A stretch of 63,139 nucleotides of DNA, filler included, from Phoronis australis (taxonomy: Eukaryota; Animalia; Phoronida), in NCBI GenBank assembly GCA_002633005.1. It is 11 parts of 11 records of this genome, joined end to end, with 100 filler letters (N's around TTAATTAATTAA, not from the genome) between each part and the next. Parts side by side here need not be neighbours in the genome. Positions count along the whole stretch, not along the records: positions 43,563 to 51,107 come from NMRA01000970.1; positions 51,208 to 63,139 come from NMRA01001670.1; 9 more parts are not named here. One strand, given 5' to 3'. The first letter of the stretch is position 1; each line of letters opens with the position of its first letter. The notes beneath the pieces are model-generated. The model had not been told where the DNA came from. It searched no databases and worked only from the letters and a program-made list of their open reading frames with translations. Shown here piece after piece: positions 48,401-61,486 of this stretch. The translations under genes and the position numbers were made by a program.

Positions 48401-48924
48401 ATATTTTTCGCTTAAACGTCCGTAACGGGTAAGGTGAATGTCAATTGAGTTCCAGATTTTGCATGCACACCCACCGGTCTTTAACTCATGTTGATACAAG
48501 CTTCACGACGAAGTGACGAGCGTATTTATTCGGGATGTGTGCAATTTCGAGGTCTGTCGAAGCTCAATACACAGTGGAACCTTGGTGTAATTTGACTATA
48601 GTCTTCATGCAGCTAGCTGGCTAGAGAGGAAGGATCTAACTTCGAAACAATTTTTTACTGCGAAAGTGAAAACAAATCCGTTTTCATGCTCCCAAGATCT
48701 TAATCACTGCGCCAATGTTTATGTTGTTCTTAAAATAAACTTTTGTTTTACTGCTGTACCAACATATTAAGAATTTATGCAAAAATAAACAATAATTATC
48801 TGTGGCGAAGCGCATTATATAGAGTGATGAAGTGATGATCAAGTGTAATAATAGATGGGAGCGAATACGTGCTGCTTGTCGTGAGCATTCCGCGGAATGA
48901 AAACACTTGAAGTCGCAAAACAGT
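45447..48924. mobile_element. ~3.5-kb foldback element with diverged inverted arms over 1 kb
   Basis: 45447-~46515 aligns to the reverse complement of ~47910-48924 throughout, with weaker similarity continuing inward; centre holds GCCGAC/CCGG repeats. Confidence 0.8.
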
Positions 48925-49106
48925 CAGCGTTTTATTCTTATTTTAGTGCAATTGTACTGTAACATTTGAAATTTTTTTTCTTGTTTTTCTGTATAGTGTG
49001 TGTGTGTGAGAGAGAGAGAGAGAGGTTGTTTATTGCACTTGGTGCTAAGCTCATTTGTACATATTACATTGCAACATTTGGTATAGGTGGCAATTTCATG
49101 TCCGAG

Positions 49107-50008
49107 TGTCAGATGATTGACTGAGGGTTTGTTAAAAAAGGTAGCTATGCTTTGAGATTGTGCGTAGATGGAGAGTGAATAATCAAATCCAGTAATTATT
49201 TTATTATATAATGACCTCTAATTAGACAAAAGAAACCTATTGCTAATCAAGTAATCAACTACAAAGAGTAACTACACTAGCGCCCTCTTTAAAGATTACT
49301 TTAATCAAACAACCAAAACAATCAAATGTCTTATCTGCAATCCAAGCTAGGACTCTCCACTTGTTGGATGTCTGTCCTGTTGGTGAATCTTCGAACTACA
49401 CACACACACTGTATAGTGACAGTGTACTCACTGGTCACCGTCTCAGGTGATGCAACACTTGCAGGCAATTTCTTCTACCCGCGATTCTTCTTGCTGGTCA
49501 CAGTCTCTGGCTGATGACGCAACGCTTCAGGTAGTATCTTACTACCCACAATGCAAGTGACAAGCTCTTAGTTAATTTCCTGTTCGTTAACCCTCGCCCT
49601 TGCCAAGATCCTTTCCAGAATCTTCCACGAGATGTCTCTGTCGCACAATTGCTTCTGTACACTGTAGCAAGTCCTTTTGCTTCAACTACTATAGCGCATC
49701 TAATTATCTTTATGATTTCAGCCCATAATATAGCATTCTACTTATTTAGTGATTGTCTAATAAAAAACACATGAACATATCCAATCATATTATTGGCTGT
49801 TACAATTTGTTCTCAGAATATTCTAGAATCTCTAGAGTACTTTGATCCCAGAACCCAAAGTTGTAAACACCATCTAAAAATAGATTTTGACGTTAAAATA
49901 CATGTCAACTAGTCTGACCCTATGATTTTAAAGTACATATGCACAAATTTTAGGCAACTTAAAATAGATCTATTCTTACTAGTTACTTATTCAATATTTA
50001 TTCTGACA
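49107..50008. mobile_element. Solo LTR (~900 bp)
   Basis: Inverted termini TGTCAGA...TCTGACA, flanked by a 5-bp TSD CCGAG (49102-49106 and 50009-50013). Confidence 0.8.
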
Positions 50009-50179
50009 CCGAGTATTAAATTCATACATGTATATGCATATTTACACATTACAATTTTAGAGTTTCCAGTCTAATACCATAAGCCTTTAATATAAATAAG
50101 GATAGTCTTTTCAAAAGATTTCCAGGGTTTGTATTGGATAAGTATTTGACGTTTTCGATGTCAGTGTGCTGTCGGGATA

Positions 50180-50780
50180 TTTCTGGTAAAAAAAATCTTT
50201 CTAATGTCGTTAAGTACGGGGCAGGTAAGTATTAAGTGTACTTCGTTTTCAATTTCTGACGTGTTGCAAAGTTCGCAAAGTCTATCTTCCTTTGGAATGT
50301 CATGGTGCCTACCAGTTTCTATTTTCAGTTGGTGTCCAGAGCACCTGAATTTTGCTAAACTTCTACGTATTGTTGGTGGTAGACTTTAAAGATATTCTTC
50401 ACAAGATAAATCTGATTTGATAATAGAGTAAAATGAGCACTTGCTAGAGCTCTGCACTGATGTCCTCCATTCTTGGGCACCACAATCCAACAATCTTTGC
50501 TTAAATTCTGATATAAATCAATCAATGTTACCCGGTCCACTTATTCATACCTCCCCAAACCCGTATCTGAATAAAATATCTTTAACTGCACTGCCCTAAT
50601 TTGCTCGTCCTTTTTCACAGTCTTCCCGCAGCATCCTGTAACTTTTCTTTGTGTATTTGGGGTTAGTCATCTGTAGAATTTTGGTCCAGTAGATTATTGG
50701 TCTGCACAAGTATTTCAAAGATAATGAGATTGATGGCACTCTGACATAAATCCTATTATTTGGGCAAATAAAGCCCATCA
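50180..50780 (-). mobile_element. LINE (RTE-X/CR1-like) ORF2 C-terminal zinc-finger region, degenerate
   Basis: YWTKIL...YTKKSY.ML, LFRYGFGEV, FKQRLLDC..QEW, AKFRCSGHQLKIETGRH..IPKEDRLCELC..EIENEVHLILTCP. Confidence 0.8.
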
Positions 50781-51207
50781 TGCTTCATATCCAACTGCTG
50801 GTTAGTTCCTACCAAGTCCGATGGTTGCGCTGTTTGTTCTTTCTCTCCAGCTTCCTGTTGGCCCAGCCTCAAGCAACAGTACATTCACTCGTAAGTTTTC
50901 CTAAATGGGGCTATTCGGAGAATTCTCCTCGCGGTGTCGCTGCTGTACTAGTGGTGATTGAATTGCGCATGCGTCGTTGTCTGCATGTAAACAACTGGTA
51001 AAAGATGGAATTTTTATCAAAATACGTCGTCGCGCTAAGCTTTATTACTGCTAATTTCCCTGGTGCAAGTCTTCGACAGGTGGCCACAAATTCTCAAAAA
51101 GACCTAANNNNNNNNNNNNNNNNNNNNNNNNNNNNNNNNNNNNNNNNNNNNTTAATTAATTAANNNNNNNNNNNNNNNNNNNNNNNNNNNNNNNNNNNNN
51201 NNNNNNN

Positions 51208-51340
51208 GGGCCATGCTCCCCCCCCCCCCTAAAATTTTCCCAGATTCCATTTGGCAGTTCGAGGGTATGAATGTCTAACGGGGAAATCCTAGCTAATACT
51301 CTGCCCTGCCCCCTCAACTCAAAATTTTGATCCATTCCTG
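51208..51340 (+). mobile_element. hAT-like MITE fragment
   Basis: Similar to 26566-26730. Confidence 0.6.
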
Positions 51341-51624
51341 ATGGACTTATAACAACCATTCATCCGCAACTATTGTGTAGACATCGAAGACGTCATGTGT
51401 ATCGCTTTTACTAGAGCGCCAGTGTACATGATATATCCGGTTAATAGATATTTTCTTCTGTCACAAAAACTGGAATTAACAGAAAAATGACAATTGCACC
51501 TATACTATTGCAAAAATCCATCCATTCAGTCGCTGTATTATTTTCCAAAAGTAGCTCTGTTGCTACTGTAAGTAAACCTAGTACATCCTCAAAATATGTG
51601 TACCAATATTGAAATATTTTATAA

Positions 51625-51690
51625 TCATTACTATTGTTATTGTTATCTATATTGTTATTATTATTATTGTTATTATTATTATTATTATTG
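51625..51690. repeat. (TAT/TGT)n trinucleotide microsatellite
   Basis: ATTATTATTGTTATT runs. Confidence 0.8.
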
Positions 51691-51884
51691 CCATAAACAC
51701 AGTAAAAATTAAGTGTTCTACTTAACTTGGAATGTAATGAATCCAGCCCGTTACTCGTGTTTCCTTTTCTAATAGCACGAAATAACGATACATGTGTACA
51801 TACATCGGGTCGGGCAGGCATTCAGTGTTGATGCTTTGTTGCAAACGTTCACGGTCGTTAACGCGATAATTGACCCGCATCTGC

Positions 51885-52024
51885 ATCGGCGCACCATAGG
51901 GGGATGGGGGGGCTATAGCCCTCACTTTTTTCAGTGCTGTGCCGCCCATCATGATCTATGGGTGGTGCACCACAGGGTGGTTGAGGGCTATAGCCCCCTT
52001 TTTTTTAATGCTGCGCCGCCTATG
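51885..52024 (+). mobile_element. Two tandem ~70-bp mini-MITE copies
   Basis: GCACCA.AGGG...GGGCTATAGCCC...TGCTG.GCCGCC.AT occurs twice. Confidence 0.5.
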
Positions 52025-53263
52025 ACCTGACTTGGTCCGCAGTGCCCTCGTGTGAGCGAAATCACTTAAATGTACCCCATTGTTTTCTGGACATCTTTCA
52101 AGCAACTTGTCATCCAGGTCCAAAAGTTCTTCATAAAATTCAAGTAATGTTTGTTTTGATTTTGACTCATAGAGCACCGAATAGTTTCTCGGTAATGCAT
52201 TTTACGTTACGAGAGCAGTTCTGAAGCCACAAAATAGACGAGGTCACGGTTCACAATTCAGTCTTGTAAATGGCTGAACACAAAGTAAATGTATGCAACG
52301 TGTTGTTAGGACGTCGCAATACAAGGTTGGAGCGTTGGTGATAACTATAACATTGAAATCGTAAAAAGGCACCGTGTGTATAATGAACGTGACGAATAGA
52401 ATACGAGAAATCAAGATTCTTTAGGAAACCACCTCATTTTGCCACGTTTAAAAATGTAGATGACGAAAAAGATTGATGAGTTATTTTTACGACTTTATGT
52501 TTGCATCCAAGCTCTTGCGAGTTAATAGACCGAGACCTCGCGCATTGAGGGATGAGTCATTTTTATTCTTAGGTCCTGTTGCTTCTTCGTCTGTTTAGCT
52601 TCTGTCGAAACAAATGCTTCGCCAACTGTCAGGAAGTATAGATACACGCAGACATATTTATGGCCACAATTCCTTGCTTTTCAGGTGTTATAGACCGTCA
52701 CTTTTCGCACACTGAGTCTTAACATTTTTCGTTAAAAATAGAATTATTATAGCCATTCCCCGTGATCGTGTCCCCTTGTCCCGAATTCCGTTTATTTTTG
52801 TTTACGATGCAAAAGCGCGGCAGTTCTTTAAAAACGTCATGGTCTGATGAGCGAGAAACTGTTTTTTTGGCTTCAACCTCGGAAAGACGTGTTTTGACTT
52901 CGAACATCAATTCGTCTGGGAACGAGTGTAATGACTTGTGTCGATGAAAGATTAGCTTAGCTTCAGTGTCTGCGCAACCGCGGTCTTGTCACGTTATGTT
53001 GTTTACGGGAAACCGGGTCACTTTCAAGCAGCTCTCGGCTGGTAGATGTAATCATTCAGGAGTATTCGCCCTCAAGAAGCGTGTAGTTTTCCTGACGTCT
53101 TGAAGCAGAAATGACAGTTTTTCCAATTGATTCCACAAGATGTAAGCATGAAGTTGAAATCTGCAGTAGTTTCATCAAGCTGTATATCAATGCTCGTTTC
53201 CGTATCCTTTTGGCGACGTTGAACCTTACACTTGGTGACTTAGGCTGTCAAGGACAATGAACT

Positions 53264-53524
53264 CAGCATGCGCGCTCTCGGGTGGGGGAGGGGGGAGGGG
53301 AGCTCGAACGAGCCACCCCCATTTGGCGAAGTGGGCAAAAAGGTCCGCCTCAGAGAAAAAAAGTCCGAGAAAACGAGACAAGAGTCCACTAATAAGGCGC
53401 AGGCGCACAGTGAAGGTGGTACCCCGTTTTTTTTCTTTTGGTCCTCCGGCATTTTTGTCAGCAAAAGGTCCACATCGCCAGAAATTCGAGCCCCCCATAT
53501 TAAAGGCTGGGTGTGCGCATGCTC
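53264..53524. mobile_element. MITE-like insertion
   Basis: Inverted ends AGCATGCGC / GCGCATGCT with a G-run near one end. Confidence 0.4.
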
Positions 53525-54127
53525 AGGCACCGATTTCTGTCGCAAATCAACTTTTTATTTAGGTCCCTCACTGTTGTAAAATCAGTCTTATCTCGTTTTT
53601 TGTTCAGACTGTAAATGGTTTACAGACTTGCGAATAACTAGCAAGTCGTCATCCTTCAGACCAGGTGGCACTTTCTCGAAAAGTCTTTATTTGTCCGTTG
53701 GCTAAAAATCGGCCTTCGGATAGCTTAGCCCGCTGTTTCATGAAAGGAAACTAAAGCTAAAAATCAGAAAATTTATCTACAAATCGAAGTCAAAAGGCAG
53801 AAATTGGCAGAGTGCTCGAGAGCAAGCTAAAAGCCAAAGTCAAAAGACACACTTTGGGATAGACTATCCGAGAAACAGCCGAAGTCCATGAAGGCTACCT
53901 AAGTTGCAATTTTTCCTGTATAGATGGCTCTTGGAAGATTTTTTTTCTGATGGTTTCAAGTTCTTGTGGGTAAAGAGAACAGAAAACTATCACGGAAGGG
54001 AGTATGAGACAGCTAAATGCGAAATTCGATTTTCGTTTTTAGCTTGCTAAACAGGGCGAAATGTAGCTTAAACCTGCCAGTCGCGGCCGGTTAGTTTCAA
54101 TCGCCGAGGCAGTGTGCTCGTCAGTCG

Positions 54128-55330
54128 TTTTTATGAAACCAACTTCAATTCAAATAAAGGTTAAAAACGCGATGACGATGATTTGAATGAACAAATACCC
54201 CTGTGATGAATGCTGAGGTTTTTTAAAACCAAACGTGGTTTTCACTGACTTTACAGGTGATGTGTTGTCATTATGTTTGCAAGCGCAAAAACAGATAAAA
54301 AGAAATTTCCTGAGTTCAGTCGTGAGATAAAGTAGTTGACCCACTTAAGTATCCTTAGGCACGGAGCCAATTGTTGTCCCGAGATTATGCAGCTACGAAA
54401 ATGTGACTGTCATTTTTACAAGATGTGCTATATTTTCTGAGTGTCAACATGAAGACGTCTTTTTGTAGAGAATTGCATATGCGAAACCTATCATGGAAAC
54501 CAAAAGTTTGTGACTGGATAACAAAGCAGACCCTATCACCCGTAGAGAGAGCGATCGGACGTTCTACTTTAAATAGCCGTGAAATCACGCAGCGCTTACC
54601 AGTGCGCACTGGTGCCGTTATTGTTTGTGCAAGCTCACTGTAAACAAACCAGCGTGGCTCTAAGCGAATAATGGACCTTGGTATATTAAATGTAAAATAC
54701 TGACAAATGGGAACGCATAAAACAAAAATACGCTGATCTTTCTAACCAGGATACTTCAATTGATGACGTAAGATTGTAATCCATTTCATGTTCCGTTATC
54801 TCGAAAGCAGTGTCACTGGAAAGAATGCAAAAAGAAGCACGATTTCTCATCAAATTTGAGCCAAGAGTTTTTAGCACAACGGCTTGCACGGTACGTAACA
54901 CTCTGTTCCACACATTAAAATGACCGCCTTGCTACAGATTTTATGTAACCGACTTCAATTCAAATAAATGTTAAGAACGCGGTGACGATGCTTTGTAAGA
55001 ATAAATTCCCTTGTGATGAATGTTGGTGCTTTTTACTCCAAAACGTGGTTTTCATTGGCTTTAAGGTGTTGCATTGCCATTGTGTTTGCAAGTGCAATGC
55101 AAGCGCAAAAGGATTAAAAAGAAATTTCCTGAGTTTAGTTGTAAGATACAACAGTAGACCTGATGAGGATTTTCAAGTATAGAGCCAGTTGTTGTCAGCA
55201 GATTTTGCAGTTACGAAAGTGTACCATTTTTAAAAAAAAAATATGTCATATGAGTGTCAACACGAAGACTATTTTCTTCCAAGTCTTGTGTACGCGAAAT
55301 CTATCATGGAAACCAGAGATTTGTGACTGG
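54128..55330 (+). repeat. Two diverged ~390-bp direct repeats (54128-~54520 and 54939-~55330)
   Basis: TTTTATG.AACC.ACTTCAATTCAAATAAA.GTTAA.AACGCG.TGACGATG...CTATCATGGAAACCA...TTTGTGACTGG present in both. Confidence 0.75.
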
Positions 55331-58300
55331 CTTGCACGGTTCATACTCTAACAAGATGGCCGTCCTGCAACGTTGGAAGCTTTCACCTTTAATGAATACC
55401 ACTTGAGTCACAATAAAATAAAATAAAATGTTATTGGACGATTTTCTATTTTATGCAGATAACGAGATTATTGTAAACTAATTTTTTCAAGTCAAAGTAC
55501 GAATCGTATATTTTTAGCATAACTTTGCATTTGGAAAACCTAACATTGCCATTTTTATATTTTTGTTCTCTGTATATTATATAAGAATTTTAAAAACTAT
55601 ACATAGAAAGGGAGATGGAGAAATGGGGGGAGGGGAGAGGGAGAGAAGGAGGGGGAGAAAGAGATTTAAATACTCAGATAATTTAAAAACATATTACGTA
55701 GCTTTACTTAGTTTAGTGTTTGTTTTGTTTTTCTGATAAAACATTGTCACGTGAATAACTCAAAAGTTGTGCCCCAAAGCGTTTGGTCTGACGAGCATAT
55801 TGCACATGCGCAGGATTTTGAATTTTATTTCTAGAATGAAGGAACAGGGAGTGCCTCCTAGTCGACCATTGACCTATTTACGTATAATGAGGGCCGTCGC
55901 ATTCACATGAGATTCTAGGGGTAGCGGTCCTCTTGACCAGCGACATTTTTCGAAATGCCACAGGATGACGTCATTTCAGTCAATATTTCAAGCGGCTACA
56001 CTTTCAGTTCGTCATAGAAAAGAGTACGGTAAACAGACAGCATCTATCGAAAATCAACTGCCAGCTTGCCGAGTTGACAATATAGATGCCGGGCACTTTA
56101 GAAGGACTCAGTCGTATCCTACAAATTTGTGCTCTGAGGTGCCCTCGGATCCCGGATGGTTTCAACGTTCTTGCTGGCAACTAGATTCAGTTCTGCACGG
56201 CTGCTTGTGGGGAAGCGTGACTTGTGTGACCTCGTTAAGTTTGTGATGGACGCTTTGTGGCAAGACGATTTCACCTGTTGCCTCGGTATCCGAAACAATC
56301 CGATATTGTGATGTTGTCTTCAGCGTTCGTTGACATGGTACAGAATTCCATGCATCCGTACAATAGAATGACAAGAACGTCAGCTTGCTGGGTACAAAGC
56401 TGCACCGTCTGGTCTGGCGTCGTCACTAGATAAAGAGGAAATAAACATTTTGCATTTTGCAGAATTTGTCGCGGCATACGAATTCAGTCATGATGTTTTC
56501 AATGCATTTAATAGGGAATATTGTTCTACTCACTGTGGCTCAAATGTCACATGTGCAACAATTTAGATGAAAATACTCCTTCGTATTCGTAACCTCAGCG
56601 AAACCAAAGGAAAGTGAAACTAATGTGCTTTTAAATCGTTCGAAGCAAAATGCACGAAAAGCGAACCCTGAAAATTTCTATTAGTATGCTCAGTGTTTAC
56701 AAGAAAAGGTTTCCTTCAAGAAGAAAAGCTATTCTTTGTTAGAGATAGTCATTAGAATGCTCTAGAACAATAAAACTGCTGGGTGTGATGCGAGGTGAAA
56801 ATTTGACTTTTCATGATCACGTGATGTTTATTCGCCTGAAGGAAATAGGCCAGTCTGCGTCTTGTTCATCGTCAAAAATCTTAAGACACTGCTTCAAAAT
56901 TGAAAAAGCTTAAAAATACCATATTGGTGCACTTCCTTACGTGTTCAATGATTGTATTTCAACATATATTGAAGCAAAATGTTCTTGTCATGACCAGATA
57001 TAAAATTTTACACACTGAAATATTCAAATACATGAATAATATTGGTACTTGTAGCCTAGAAGGTGTTTTCAAAATTAAGATCAACAATTATGGCCACAGA
57101 GGCGAGACTCTTTAATGAAGCTCTTCTGCAGAAACTTTACCATTATTTTCTTTGTTAACAGTGCATTTCATACTTAAAAGACGTGGAACAATCTCCCTAA
57201 TAATATTAAAGCCACAAATCATCTAAATGATTTTTAGTTGAGTACTCATAATTCCTCCTCAGCTTGCAAATGTAACAGTTGCGACTTTTGTCGGGTGTTG
57301 TTCCACAGATCTGCATTTTTATTGTCAGAAACTATAGCGCTTGTTTATGTCTGAACCCGATTTCTGAATAAGCCTTACTTAACTTTTACTTTTCTTTGGT
57401 AGCTTATGGAGAAAGGGATTCGTCAACGTCAAAGTCTTGATTCACTAAAAACTTAGAGTTGTAAAGTAACACGTCTAATTGTTTTCTATTGTTATACTCC
57501 ATGTGGCCGCAATGAAGCTCATATGTGTTGTTTTCGGCTTAATTGGTAATCCGGTTATTTGTTGTTTTATCTTACTTCGAGGTTGGCCATTTTTAACCCG
57601 CCGAAGCAGCGCTAAATGTAATCTTAAGTTGGTCGAGGTCACCAGCTGTCTTACTAGCCAAGCCTGAAAATGATTGTGAAAACAAAGTAGTTAGTATCTA
57701 GCGCATGGCCTTTCAGAAAGGTAATAATAAATTAGCACGAGTGAAGCATTACTTCCGCATTCATGTCTATGCAAGCACGAGTTTGGAGTGTGCCTCACAA
57801 AGCCGCATGTACATGTAAGCCGCCCTAAACTTAGCAATTATTGATACCCGTCAGAAAAAAAAATCGCTATCCTAACAGTATTAGTTGTTTACTCTATATG
57901 AATTTTCTGTTGGCACAACTTCGCATTAATCGCGTGAGGTGTCGAAAATGACCCTATTAGCTTGAGCGCGGAATTTTGTGTCGTAAAGCCTTGATCTAGA
58001 GAATTTGATGAACAGGATAAATGCTGTCTCGGTGTTTTTCGTCAAAGCAAACAACCGCATAATGTCGCTCGTTGGATTTGCGTCAGATTCAAATCTGCCG
58101 TTAATATGCATATTTGTTTATTTTTAACTTTGAAAGGCCCGTGCCTTTAAATGATCTTAGAAAGTGTAATTATTCAATGTATGGTCGAAGTATCTTAGAG
58201 ACAAACACGCAAACCGGCGCAATGACAGCATACAAAAAGAGATACGAGACCTTCAGTGACGTTGATTAAAACATGAATTGCCTTTTTTCCTTACCATGGC

Positions 58301-58619
58301 AATTTTATTAGTATGTAAATTATTGGAGAACAAATTAGTATGGTGTATACTTCGCTAGTACGAACTGTTCAGCGCCACTGATATCCTACAGACACTACAC
58401 TTGTACTCGATTACGCAACTTCTATATTTAAAATATGTAGGAATCTGCAGAATAATAAAATAGCAACAATACACCGTTTTATGTATCTTCTACAATTAAC
58501 GCGGGTGACTTTACACAAAGAAAACAATACACACAGGACTTGATTATTTTCGGCATGCACGAAGGCAACTGCCGGCGCGATGGAGGCCGGAACGAGGCTA
58601 AGCTCTAATGGCGTGCAAA

Positions 58620-58778
58620 GGCGTCGTCAACTTCTGATCGTCCTCAATACACTACATATACAATGTAATACTACAAGGTGTGACACTCGGGACTAGAAAT
58701 TCCACGGGTGCTTCGATTCAGCTGACCTTGTAGTAATATATGTAGTGTATTGGAGACGATCAGAAGCTGAGGACGCCT
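58620..58778. mobile_element. Hairpin MITE
   Basis: GGCGTC.TCA.CTTCTGATCGTC..CAATACACTACATATA...TACTACAAGGT is mirrored at the other end; flanks share ATGGCGTG (possible ~10-bp TSD). Confidence 0.65.
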
Positions 58779-61486
58779 GTGATGGCGTGTAGGTCAGGCC
58801 TACAGTCCCGTGTGCTTCGTGAGCCGCCGCCACTTCATAGTCGTTTCTTTCCCTGATTGTCAATTTTTAGGCAAGAAAAATCTTACGGTAACAGTATTTG
58901 CACGTAAGTGGACGAGAAACCGTGGACTGTTAAATCCAGAGTATACAGCGAATAGGGCGGTCCCGCCGGATTACACGGCGAGAGAACTTTCCTTTGTCCA
59001 GGAAATAACTCGAAATGTCGAAAGTACGGATTTGATGGCTTTTTTTTACAAAATAACAAAATCTCCGGTAATTTAGGTTCATCTTGAGAAAGAGCCATCT
59101 CCCAAACGATCGTTGGTTTTAAATATGTTTCATAACTGTTATGTTTATTTTATTTTTAAGACTCCAGTCTACTTTGTTTTGTTTCCTGCCGGGTTGCTAT
59201 ATCTTGTGATTATTTTAAGCTCAGTTAAAGTGCCAAAACTGTGGCAGATTCGGATAGTCAGGGAAACTTAGAAGCCAGCTCTCTCCCACCTTCCCACCTG
59301 GGATTCTCTCATTGACTTTGAAGCTAACCCTTAGTTAGCCTTCACAACACGTGTTTCGTCACCACCGGTGATTACTGAATATCTGCACACAATATCACAG
59401 TTTTCCAGTTAGCGTGCTGCTCCTCGAATAAAGTAGTTCAATACGACTGGGCGATAACCGTTATCTTAAAACTCGATCGTTTTTTGACATCTTATTTGGT
59501 CACTGTGTGTTGTTTCTATTTGTCGTAATGTAGTTTAGTTGTGTACTAGTAAAATAGACCATATGGTATTGTTACTGCATGATTAGCATTTGTAAATCCT
59601 CCTATTATATCAATACGCGCAGACCAATGTCTGTACTTTTAAGCTTATAAGTTCGTCGATATTTAAAAATCGTAAATCATGTTGTGTTTTTTTTCCAGCT
59701 GAATACCGCCGTTGTGTTATTGGTTTATGCATTTTGAAAAGTTGCCAGTGATTGTGTACAGGCAGAGAGTGGTTACTACAGCTTATGGGTCTTGCTCGCA
59801 CTGCACATTGAGGGCATCACCACTGCGTCCGACTCTGGCACCGCGCTCTCTTTGATCCAAGTAACAGCAGCTCAGAAGGACGAAGGAGCAGCGGTGAAAA
59901 TTCTAAAGATATGCGTGATTTCCTTGTAAGCGAATTATTCATGATATCAAGTAAAAAACCTACAATAAGTAAGGAAAGCGACCAACCTGACTGTTTTTAA
60001 AATTTGAAAGTAAATAGTACCGTATTTGAATTTTTCAAATCGATGTACTATAAGAGAAATTAGCTATTAGCTTTTCTTCAGCATCGCGGCTAAGCCACGA
60101 GCATTAATTTGTGAATCGATTAGAACGCTTGGCTCGCTTAGGCATTGGGGTAACAACACCCCAAATGTTAGCGCTGGAGTTGTCTCTTGGTAATTTTTTG
60201 TCGTTTTGCTGCTAATGAAAGTTTGGGAAATCTTTATTATATTTCCCAAAGTAGTGTTGCCCCATGATTTTCACTGGGTTACGATCCTGGGGCGTGTTCC
60301 GTAGACACCAGACAATCGCTCCACACTTGGGGCAAGAAATCTTGGCTTATAGAACGTTTGCTTACAGCCTTACACCCATATAGTTCTATCCTTGACGCCC
60401 AGTCATTTCACTGGTGGCCATGTCTGATCGAGCTTTCTGGCTCGCGACGGACTGAACACTACTCTAATACTCGTGTGATTTCCCGTGGTCTTACTTTCTC
60501 CCAAGAAACTTGAATGGTCAATCGAATACAGCTCACAGGTGTAGTAAAATTTTCTTATTTAAGTATGGACGTATTCGTGTAATCTGCTGTCAAGGGAGTT
60601 ATTTTATTTTATTATACTTTTATCGTGTTGTGTGCAGGAAATCAAGGTAGAATCGTTGTATGCTCATTCGGTGCAGTATTCATGGATTTCCGTACGGGAC
60701 GTTATCGTATACATACGTAAAGATCGTTCATATTTTGTAATGTACCTGATAACGTCGTGCAGAAATCGACGAACGATGTGTCGGACTACCGTCCGTACGC
60801 TGTGTTCTGCTCGAGTGCGATCATTCGCCTCTCGACTGGATGAATGATGATGGCATAAGCGACGAAGCTTCTCGTTCTTTTTGTTGAAGGTCAATGAAAT
60901 CGAACAAAACTCGAACTGAATCTTTTCAGTGCCAGGTGATGGCGGGTGCACGGTCGCCTACAAAAGTTGACGTCATGGAGATCGTGTAGACGGAATCCGA
61001 TTGTTTCCACGTCTTGACGTAGGTGAAGATGTCACCATTGCAATCACAGTACGGTCTTTCTACGACGGAAATAGCTGTTCGTTTGTAAACAAAATGTTTT
61101 TGTATATTTGCCTACTTTCCTTTTGGGATTTTAAGAAAAGCTAACAAAGAGAAGTTTTTATTACTCGCGATAAAGGACGCCTGGATTTTCTTGGAGCAGA
61201 CGACGAAAAGCCGTAAAAGCAGCCTGTGCTGGTCACTGTCATGCGACACAAAGAGGACACCTAACATCTTGTGCGTAGGACAGCGACAAAAACATGGCTG
61301 CCTGTGTACTTCAGGCTCAAAAGATTGCCTTCGGGGGCCATTGAAGTATGGCACGGTGCGGAGCTGTGTCTTTACTGACGTATGCTTATTTTGGTTACGT
61401 CTGATATCAGTGACAAGATGTGTAATTCCACAGAAATAGGCCTAGAACCGCGATTCCCGACCAGGGCTCCCCCCCCCCCCGATAAC

